Part shown: in pieces, positions 34,697-44,500 of the stretch
How the letters are laid out: each line of letters starts with the position of its first letter
Position numbering within the stretch: the first letter of the stretch is position 1
Source: a virus
IMG/VR virus record: IMGVR_UViG_3300023184_000039
Location: 64,001-128,000 of that record
Length of the DNA stretch: 64,000 nucleotides
Direction: 5' to 3' (one strand)
Notes under the pieces: generated by a model
What the model saw: the letters and a program-made list of their open reading frames with translations, nothing else
Told to the model about the DNA's origin: nothing
The model's database searches: none
Translations under genes and position numbers: made by a program

Positions 34697-35070
34697 TTAA
34701 TGGCAGCGATAGTAAGTCCTAGACTCAAAACTTACAATTAGGACCTGTGAATATATAGTCTGCTATCGGTTAAGCCCGTAAGCAACAATAAAATTTGCCT
34801 TACTGCTAATTCAGTCGTTCTCTTTCAAAGTGCACAAAGTTGCGCTTCTCTTCGGTTCCATACGTGTGTTGGTCTACGACACGCATAAGTCCGGCATGTG
34901 CGGAGATGACCAATGTGGCTGATATTAAGCAGAAAATAAGCATCCCAGTATTATGGCATTGCATTCTATATAGTGATGAAACTAACCCCAGTATCACTGA
35001 ATAAGATACCCCTCATCTCCCATTTTGCCATGTGTCCGCTTGCGAGTTCTTTATGGGCTAATGTGTCGCT

Positions 35071-37185
35071 ATGAACATTTTGAGTCTTTTCTCTGGCGTT
35101 GGTGGTTTTGACATGGGTCTTGAGGCCGCTGGATGGAAAACTATCTTTCAATGTGAAATAGATAAACATTGTCAAACTGTTCTTGCCAAACACTGGCCAG
35201 ATGTTCCAAAGTGGGGAGATGTTTCGACACTCACTGGTAAACATATTATTGAAATGGCTGGACCGCCAGATGTTGTTGCATGGGGAAGTCCGTGCCAAGA
35301 CCTCTCCGTCGCTGGAAAGCGCGCAGGATTGGAAGGAATGAAATCCGGCTTATTCCATGAAGGAATCAGAATCATCAAAGAAATAAGGGAGTTAACAAAC
35401 AATGAATATCCAAGAATCTCTATATGGGAAAATGTCCCAGGAGCCCTCTCTTCCAACAACGGAGCTGACTTCGGGGTCGTCCTCGACGAAATGGCTAAGG
35501 CAGGGGGCTTGGCGCTTGAATGGGCCGTGCTGGATGCACAGTACTTCGGAGTGCCCCAAAGACGACGCCGCATCTTCCTGTCTACTCTCTTCCATTCTGG
35601 AGATGCCAAACGAAGTGGAATCAAAATTTTTCCTGTCGCCGAAAGCTTGCCAGGGCATATTACGCCGCGCCCAAAGAAGGGGAAAAGAGTTGCCGCCAAT
35701 TCTTCGGAGAGCACTCAACAGAGTGGCGAGTCAAATGCCTTCAGAATGACCGCATTCGGCGAATATGCCGATGATGAAACAGCATCAGCAATGAAGGCGC
35801 GCGATTACAAAGATGCAACAGATTTGGTTGTAGAGCGAACGGAATATGCTCAAAGCGTATTTGCAAAATCACGACATGCGAAAGATAAAGACGATTTTGA
35901 AACATGGGTTGACGGCACTGTGTCGCCAACACTGAACACATTTGAAAACCATGTTGATACTCGTTCAACCGTTGCCATTGTTAATACAAACCCATTAATC
36001 ATTGATGGAACGCGCGTGGACGATGTTCGTGTTTATGACGATGGAACTACACCAACACTCACCCACCGAATGGGCACTGGTGGCAATAACACACCGATGG
36101 TTTTTGATGACAGAACACCAAGTACGCCAGCCACCCCGATTGTTCTAGATAGAGCTTCTTTTAATCAGGGTCCAAATGCACTATGGGAACCACTGATGGA
36201 GGAGGCACAATCAGTTCCGGCTCTTGTTGCGCGTGGTCCACACGCAGTTCTTGATACATCAACACAACCAATCGTATTTGAGCCTGGTGCGATGTCTCGC
36301 ATGAAGAGTGACTACTACTCAGACCATGTTGCACCAACCTTGCGCGCGCAGATGGGCGACAATCAGCCAGCAGTAGTACAACCCGACAATGGAACAATCG
36401 TATTTAACGATGACCGTAGAATTGGGCCGACCATACACGGTGATACCGTGTCCACGCTTCAAGCATTCATGGGAACGGGTGGAAACAACACTCCAATGGT
36501 TGCACAAATCCCAACTATCCCGATTCAAGATGGTCGTGACATTGAGAAAAACCAAAACGGCTTTGGTGTAGGGGAAAATGGCGACCCTTCGTACACCATT
36601 GACACAACCGGAGCACAAGCAGTCGTACAGACAGTTGTAGATGGACCAATGCTTTCATTTGACACTCAGTTTGGGTCAAATGCCAATGTCACCGAGAATG
36701 TCGCGCCCACCCTTAAGGCTAGTCAGCAATCCCCAAGTGTTGCATACTCAATTCGTGAGGATGCCAAGGCAAACAACTTCTCAGCAACCGAAATCAATGT
36801 TGCAAATTCACTATCAGCACTACAGCCAGCAATAACGTCTCATCACGCACAAACGATTATCACCGATGAGATATTGCAGTACGACGGATACAACCAAAAA
36901 CTTGAAGGCGACGGTTCATACAGGTCGTTGCGAGTTGGGCGAGATGCAAGCGACTTCGTATCACAAGGAGAAATGGTGGTCAGGCGTTTGACGCCCCTAG
37001 AGTGCGAAAGACTGATGGGATGGGGCGATTTTCACACTAAATTTCGTGCTGACGGTTCAATCGTTCCAGATACTCAACGTTACAAAATGTGCGGCAATGG
37101 AGTTGCCAGTCCATGCGCTGAATGGGTAGCGAAACAACTTATCGCCTACCTGCAGGACAGCACGGACGCTGGGCAATCGGTGTGA
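35071..37185 (+). CDS. DNA (cytosine-5) methyltransferase with a greatly expanded, repetitive variable region
   Basis: Motifs I LSLFSGVGG, IV GSPCQD, VI ENV, VIII Q-R-R-R-R-IF, IX RRLTPLECERLMG, X RYKMCGNGV. Confidence 0.93.
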   Translation: MNILSLFSGVGGFDMGLEAAGWKTIFQCEIDKHCQTVLAKHWPDVPKWGDVSTLTGKHIIEMAGPPDVVAWGSPCQDLSVAGKRAGLEGMKSGLFHEGIRIIKEIRELTNNEYPRISIWENVPGALSSNNGADFGVVLDEMAKAGGLALEWAVLDAQYFGVPQRRRRIFLSTLFHSGDAKRSGIKIFPVAESLPGHITPRPKKGKRVAANSSESTQQSGESNAFRMTAFGEYADDETASAMKARDYKDATDLVVERTEYAQSVFAKSRHAKDKDDFETWVDGTVSPTLNTFENHVDTRSTVAIVNTNPLIIDGTRVDDVRVYDDGTTPTLTHRMGTGGNNTPMVFDDRTPSTPATPIVLDRASFNQGPNALWEPLMEEAQSVPALVARGPHAVLDTSTQPIVFEPGAMSRMKSDYYSDHVAPTLRAQMGDNQPAVVQPDNGTIVFNDDRRIGPTIHGDTVSTLQAFMGTGGNNTPMVAQIPTIPIQDGRDIEKNQNGFGVGENGDPSYTIDTTGAQAVVQTVVDGPMLSFDTQFGSNANVTENVAPTLKASQQSPSVAYSIREDAKANNFSATEINVANSLSALQPAITSHHAQTIITDEILQYDGYNQKLEGDGSYRSLRVGRDASDFVSQGEMVVRRLTPLECERLMGWGDFHTKFRADGSIVPDTQRYKMCGNGVASPCAEWVAKQLIAYLQDSTDAGQSV
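35402..35749 (+). CDS. Nested out-of-frame ORF inside the methyltransferase (EcoHK31I beta-like accessory subunit candidate)
   Basis: 115-aa +1-frame ORF with GGGAG upstream; LSSILE...KFFLSPKACQGILRRAQRRGKELP protein-like motif. Confidence 0.55.
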   Translation: MNIQESLYGKMSQEPSLPTTELTSGSSSTKWLRQGAWRLNGPCWMHSTSECPKDDAASSCLLSSILEMPNEVESKFFLSPKACQGILRRAQRRGKELPPILRRALNRVASQMPSE

Positions 37186-37342
37186 TGAATCTTGGGCCTG
37201 GCTCTGCTGGTTCTTCCACAGGCAAAACCGGCGCTTCCTCTTCGTTTTCTTCCATCTAAACATCATATAACAAAAAAATATTTTTTATGAACATCAAAAA
37301 ACAGATAAATCTAACCAGAGATGAAGTCTGTATATTATTTAT

Positions 37343-38113
37343 ATGGTGGCACCAGTGAGCATCTGCGTAATTCCCAATATTGACATCAACGAGATGCCCC
37401 CAACCCCGTCATCTGGAAATGAAATCAAATTACCAGAAGTAGAAAAAGTGCTGCGCGCGTATGCGAATCATTATGGTCATCCGTTTGGATACGTGCAAGA
37501 ACAGGGCTACGAGGTATTCCAACAGATAGTTCCTATCAAGAGACTGGCATCTGTACAGATATCTTCTTCATCAACCACCGAACTTGACTTACATACAGAA
37601 ACGGCCTTCCATCCATATAGGCCAGATTTCGTATTATTGTTGTGTCTTCGAGGCGACGCGGCGGCATTCACTACATATGCCAACCTGGAAACAATTCTCA
37701 GAAACCTAGGGGAGACAACACAAAGAGTATTACATCAACCTTGGTACACAACCCGGATAGATGAATCGTTTTTGCTCAATGGTCAAGAAGATAAGACGTT
37801 TACTCTGCCCGTGCTCCAGGGAGAGGGAAAAGATACCAGCATCGTCTATGACCGTGCATTTATGAAAGGCACTACAACGGCATCTCGTAATGCCCTAATT
37901 GAACTTGAAGAAGCAATCAAGAAAAGCACACGCAAGGTTGCCTTAAAAACCGGTGAATTGATGGTGATTGACAATAAGACAACCGTTCATGGTCGATTAC
38001 CGTTCACCCCTAGGTACGACGGCACCGACAGATGGATAATGCGCTCGCTTGTGACGAAGACTCTCCCACCAAGCGACCAGATGCACAAGGAAACCATCAT
38101 CACGGTTCTGTGA
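37343..38113 (+). CDS. Clavaminate synthase-like Fe(II)/2OG oxygenase (AsnO/VioC/CAS type)
   Basis: LHTETAFHP-x-RPD-x-x-x-LLCLR...IDN-x-x-x-VHGR-x-x-F-x-PRYDG-x-DRW-x-x-R. Confidence 0.88.
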   Translation: MVAPVSICVIPNIDINEMPPTPSSGNEIKLPEVEKVLRAYANHYGHPFGYVQEQGYEVFQQIVPIKRLASVQISSSSTTELDLHTETAFHPYRPDFVLLLCLRGDAAAFTTYANLETILRNLGETTQRVLHQPWYTTRIDESFLLNGQEDKTFTLPVLQGEGKDTSIVYDRAFMKGTTTASRNALIELEEAIKKSTRKVALKTGELMVIDNKTTVHGRLPFTPRYDGTDRWIMRSLVTKTLPPSDQMHKETIITVL

Positions 38114-38524
38114 GCTGGATAAATCTAATCAGGTTTGGTGAACTCAAAATAGTTTCACATGTGCCCCCACCACCACAGAGGGGTTGGCGAAAGTCCCGAT
38201 ACGTGCCCCGTAGAAGGGGGTGTAAGGCATACCTAACAGCACTTCTTTTGATGTTACTTTCTGGTAACTTATCATTACCCTGTGGTAACTTGATGATATA
38301 CCACCCACATATCAGATACACACATCATATGTAGGTATTTGACACACAACGATATTTGTATTAGTATTCTATCCAGGATATTCGTTCACTATACAAATCA
38401 TTGTTCACTATAACGACCATTGTGTCTTATCTCAGATGATTGTTCCTTCTCATACACATCAGATACACCACACATACACATCGTTCCCTTGTGATGTCTC
38501 GTTCTAACTTACAATAGACAGATA
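38114..38524. other. Largest non-coding gap, with short direct repeats; candidate genome terminus/packaging or origin region
   Basis: GTGCCCC x2, G-runs, TGGTAACTT x2, GTTCACTATA x2, ATCAGATACAC x2; coincides with a composition switch. Confidence 0.4.
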
Positions 38525-41500
38525 ATGAATAACCTTGAGATACTGCTTGATGTCAAAGAACTAGGTCGTTACCAACGTAAGGTAATGACCCCATTAGATG
38601 AAGCATTTGACCCTGATGCTATTGATGGTGATGGTGATGGATTAGTTCAAGATAGAACTCCATTTGAGAGACCTGCCATTATCACTGCGATAACAGAGAC
38701 AGCACAAAGGATAAGTCAAGGTATCCGTGATGCTGGTCGTCTCAATCAGAAGCGCTCACACAATGTACATCGTGAGAGGCTAAGGGGTAAGAGCCATAGT
38801 GAGATAGCAGAGACACTAGTACCTAATGACTATGCCTCACTAGCATCATCCCTTACAGAGATGGCTATACAAGACCTAGGTGTTGATGCCTCACCTGCTG
38901 CCATACAAACTTGGATACAGGGGAAAGTATTTGACCTCACGGGTGATGCTACGGGTGATGTATTTGACTTCACACCTAAGCACATACGTAAGTTGCGTAA
39001 GACAGTAGAGAAGCACCTTGATGAACTACCTATGTTCAGACGACTAGTAGATGACTATGGTATGCCCCCCTTCTTCATACTAAAGAAAGGTGACTTCTCT
39101 GGTATCACATCACACGGCTTTGGTATAGGTGTGACTACTGGTGGTATGGGGTGGACAGATGGTAAGGGCAATCGCATACCCATACTTCGTTCCATATCAC
39201 TCAAACTTGGCTACTTTGATAAGTCTGGTGGTAGCAATAAGACAAAGAGATGGCTTACTGATACTGGTGTTAGGGGTACTGTGCTACACGAGTATGGTCA
39301 CTACCTAGCAGGTGTGCTGTATGACGACATTGTGAGTAACAAGTACGGTAAGTGGGAGGGTAGTCCTGATGTAGTGGACTTTGCTAGGTACATCAATATG
39401 GACTCCTTCAGTATCTCTACTCAGAACAGATTTCCCAATGTAGATGGCAAGGTAGGTAAGTCAATACCCGATGTGTTCTCTGCTATGTTCCATAAGCCTG
39501 AGTGGGATGAGGCTTGGAGTAAAGGCGACCTTCCTGATGAACTACCTCACGTACTTTCTTTCTATTCAGAAACAAACCCTTCAGAACAGTTTGCTGAAGG
39601 AATGGCGGCCCTTCTTTCTACCGACCCCAAACAACACAAACTTGTGTCACCCGGATTTGAGGATATGGTTAAACAACTTGTTGGATTAGAGACTGATGTA
39701 CCCTTTCAGTCTCAAGGTAGTAAATACAATGTAGACACCCTTGACTTACCACAAGTGACACAAGCACTTGGTTCTAGAGGTAGAGACTTCACAACACCTT
39801 CAGGAAACAAAGAGTTATGGCATCCAATCACCAAAGATATGGATGCTACAGAACTAGCAGAACGAATACATCCATCTAGTGCTGAAGAACTCATCTCAAT
39901 AATGGCTGAAGAAAACCACAGAATAACACCCACCTCATCCATCGAAGACCACAAGGCTTTGGTAGGACAAGTTCTTATGGAACTGTTTGAGGTCAAGTCA
40001 GTAAAAGAACTTGACTCAATGATGGATTTGTCAAAGAGGGGAGACAGGGTTGGGGCAATGGAACAACTCCTTCTAGACAACCCATCTTTGATGCTCCTAC
40101 ACAATCAGTATGGAGCGCCACCCCTCATACACCTCACACCAGAAGCATATGATGATGCTGCCAGAAGCCTAGAAGGAGAGTTTGCTGGAATACACGTCAT
40201 AGACCCACGACTCAATATTGGAACAATACTCCTATCACCCAACACCACCGACCTATTAGATAATTACAACACACCACTCCCACTAACTGGTGAAACTTTT
40301 CAGGAACTGCTTGACAACCGGCCATTGGGACAACGACTTGTTCTCTCTTATGCTAAGTGGAGAGGAAAGTATCCCAAGTCAGTGACATATATGTCTATTG
40401 GTAATAATGTTGAGCAACTCTACGCACACGAATATGCTCACTACCTACACGAACAAATGACGGCATCTCTCCCAATGGAGGGAAACCGTGAAAGACGAGC
40501 ATTACTCAGGGCATACTTGAGCGCAACTTGGGAGGAATTCTTTGCTGCTGTTGACAGACCAGATTGGGCTGAAGCATACACAAACAGAAGGAAAAAGGAT
40601 TTACCAGACGACTATCCGTTTGTTGACAGCGCATATGCCTTCTCAAACCCGTTAGAAATGTTCGCTGAGTCTTTCGCTGCTGCTACGGCTAGTGACCCAG
40701 CAATAAGGGGCGCAGTCAGTCCAGAAATGAACAGACAGATGGCGATGATGCTTGGACTTGACCCAGAACAAGCACTATATGAGCAATTAGTAGCCAATGA
40801 TGATGTAGTTAGCGCCTCACTTGACATATCAAGACCACTCGGCTCTAGGAGTAAGAAAAAGGACCGAGAGTTCTGGGAAAAAATGTATCCAGACAGAACC
40901 GCAGCAGAGTGGAAAGCGATTGAGGAAAAAATACAGCAAGAAAGAGATAATACCTATCTAGGTAGACCACTCGGGTCTGCCCCAAGTTTGACTGCTTCAG
41001 AGGCTATTCGTTCGCTTGATGAGGTAGCAAAGATAGAAGAACGTGACCTCATCACTACTGATGACCCAACACTACGACCCGGAGTACGAAAACTTGACAC
41101 AAAGGCTTGGGATGGCAAGGACATCTATCAAACAGCAGATGCTGGTGATGCGCTTGCCCTCATAGCAAACGGTCATTACGTTGAGATGACACACGAAGAA
41201 GGATTGTGGCTCGCCCTCGCAGACATAGGCAAGAGATGGAAAGAAATACAGAAGAGCAGCGGCAAGGAAATAAAAACACTCAATGCTTGTTTGTTTATGA
41301 CCGTTGATGCCAATGGTAAGTCAAACAACCTGTTCTGTCGAGGACACCACGATATTGCTCGATTGTCAATGCCACAAGTTGGTGGATATATGACAAAAGA
41401 AAATCAGGTCTTGCTACAAGCCTGGAGGTCAGGACTTACCGAGAACAGAGGTGGTGCTCACGATGCCTTCATTGGCGGCAATAAAGCCGTAGAAGCAATG

Positions 41501-44500
41501 AAGGAACTTGGAAAAGGAATTGTTGAGGCAACCATCACCGAAGATGAGTGGAAGGTACTTGATAAAAAGTGGAGAAAGAAAATAGAAACACCAGAAGAAC
41601 GAGCATTGTACTTTGCTAATACATATATGCCATTGGTGGAGGCTGACTCAACACCAGAATTCATACGCTTTCTAAAACAAAAAGGAATAGGCACGGGTGA
41701 TGTAGAGCTTGTAGATGTATTTGATGATGTCAACTCCACACAAAACGAATTAGTTCTTGACAAGATTTCTGGTATTGGTGGGGCAATGTTGTCCAAGTAT
41801 AGGGAGTTTCAAACCAGACGCGAACAGATACTTAGTGATATATCCCTATCTCAAACAGAAAAAGATACTGCTATTGCTGCGGCTCTCAAAGATTTCCAGA
41901 CCATCCCGCAGATGTTGCCAATTATCATATCCAAAGACGGATACATATTTGACGGTCACCACAGAGCATTTGGTAGACGTATATTTGAGTCTCAACTAAA
42001 CGAAGAGGAACTCAAAGAAGTAAAAGCAATGGGGTTCCAGGTCAGAAGAAGCGAAGCAAACATCTCCGAACTGTTGGGTATTGGAAAAGCATATCAAGAC
42101 CATATGGGTGTCGCAGCGGCACCGGGTGGCCCAAAGAAGGTTGACCTATATGTTGACCACACAGAAGACATTGGTGACATATCAAACGAAGAGTGGGTAC
42201 AACATCAGAAAGAAATCTTTGATGGTCTTGATGACATCGTTGCTGGTTACCATCCAGCAGACTATTGGAAACCAGCAGGTGTTGAGGAACTTGATGTCGA
42301 AGGAAATGTAATAAAAAGAACTGCTGACTCGCCAGCAATTCAAACTGGAACTCAATCAAACGAACCAATAAGAAAAATGTATAGAGGAGAAGCAAGAAAT
42401 ATATTTGAGGAAGGCGATAGACAAGGGGCAATGGCACTTGGCTCTCAATCAGAGCAACCAAGTGAACCATCATCGTGGATGATGTCAATTATGGGTTCTG
42501 GACCCAACGGCCCATTGGTTGATGTAAAACCACCAAAGCCAGATACGAGAACAAGTGGGTTCAATAAGAAATTACCAAGATGGGTAAGTACATTACTTTC
42601 CCTACATCCGTTTATTGACCCAGAGGTGCTTCAGTCGGTTCGTGACCGCACACCAAAACCAGTCATACCTTCGTCATATCCACAGGTAATGAAGATGACA
42701 GGCAAAGAAAGACGACTACATAACACCAATCTCAAAAAGATACTTGACACAATAGAACTATCGGATGATGTAGTGAAGAACTTGTCTTTAATGGGCAGGA
42801 ACAACACAAATGCACGTGACAATGCTGCCAATGTTTATCTACACTCACTTGGTGTTGACCTCAATGACTCAAAAGCAGTTGAGAAAGCCCTCAATGGTGG
42901 TTTTGCTGATTGGATGTCCACTAAACCCTATAGCGAAATAGAAACATTGAGTGAAATAACCCCGAGAGAGTGGAATAAGTATATAGATGGAACGCCAAGT
43001 CGTGGTGGCGAATCAGATATGAAAGAATTGGTTGCCACATTGTCTCCAATGGAAGCCAGAGAGATAGCCACATCACTCCGTGACTACACAAGGGGCTTGG
43101 AACGACCACTTACTGATGATGAATCAAAGAAACTCAATCAAATAATTGAGACACCTGTATTTAGAGCGGCACTCGGTGTCAATGATGGTGAAGATTCAGC
43201 ATCTGTTGTTAGAAGTTTCCTCTGGGATGATGCCGACAAAGCAGAACGAGGGCCGCTTGGTTCTATGTCTGAAGCCAAGCCCGTTGTTGATTACAATGAA
43301 GCACGCAAGGCCGGTAGAAGCAAGATATTCAGAAAGAAGTACAAGTCCCGTGCCGAGATGTATGACGGCGCATCAACCGAACAACAAGTACGACTGTCTG
43401 TTCCAAGAACGGCTGAAGAACATCACACAATGATGATGGATGCCACAGTTGACCGGCTCAACTTGCAACTCAAACTCAAAAATGCTGGAATAAGTGAAGA
43501 ACCAGTTGATGTACGACGGTTCATAGATATGTCCGACCCACTCAATCCACGGGCAAAGATTGCCGCAGTGCAGCCGCTTGTTGACCACGTCATCAAGACA
43601 GCAAAAGAGTATGAACCAGACTTCTCCCCAGAAGCAATCAAGCAAGCAGAAGCAATGGTCACCCAGACACTCAACTCATCTCCCGCCTTGCGCCACTTCG
43701 CTAGTGAGTACGGGTTACCCCCAGTGGTTATTGGCTCACAAAATGCCCTTGACAGACAGATGGTTGTGTATGCATTAAAGATATCCAAGCCAAATCAAGA
43801 AATGAACACCATCTTAGATAAATATCAAGGCATCAGGCAGATGATGGATGAAACACGTATTCAGGAAATACTTGATGACCCAGTCGCAATGGAGAAGATA
43901 CGCAAAGCATATGACAACGGGACTAACCCAATCGCAGGCGCATACATCAACGCCGCAAATATGTTGGTTATCTATCCCGGCTCAAGCAGCCATAAGGCGT
44001 TCCTTGACGGCAAGCCAATTGACCCGGCTTACGTCCCAAAACCAGGCGACCACACCGTACTTGACAACAGTATTGAGGCTACATTGTTACACGAATACGG
44101 GCATTACTTTGACCAACGTGTAGGTATGTTGTTGAGTGAGGGCGGCCTTGACCCAGAGAGTGATATGGCAAAAGCATATACTCGACTTCATCACAGCAAC
44201 ACTCTTGATGCGCTGACATCCAAGCGCGGCAACCCATTGTTCACATCAAAGGACAATCCAGTTATTGAAACAACGTACGGGCAAACAAATACGCAAGAAA
44301 TGGCCGCAGAAGCAATGAGCGCCGTCTTCTCAAACAACCCGCACGCTATGGAAATGCTCAACAAGCCGCTACTTGACGATGTATATACGCTACTTGGTAT
44401 CAAGTCAAGCGAACGTAATGGCATTACCGAACGGGACTTGCCGTGGCTCAAGGATGCAAAAGATAAGCGCAGCGAACTTGTTGGGGATGGCGCGCCATCA

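Noticed and set aside
34700-35070. Small ORFs or ncRNA between the membrane pair and the methyltransferase
   Set aside because: No recognisable motif, convincing start signal or stable fold found by eye
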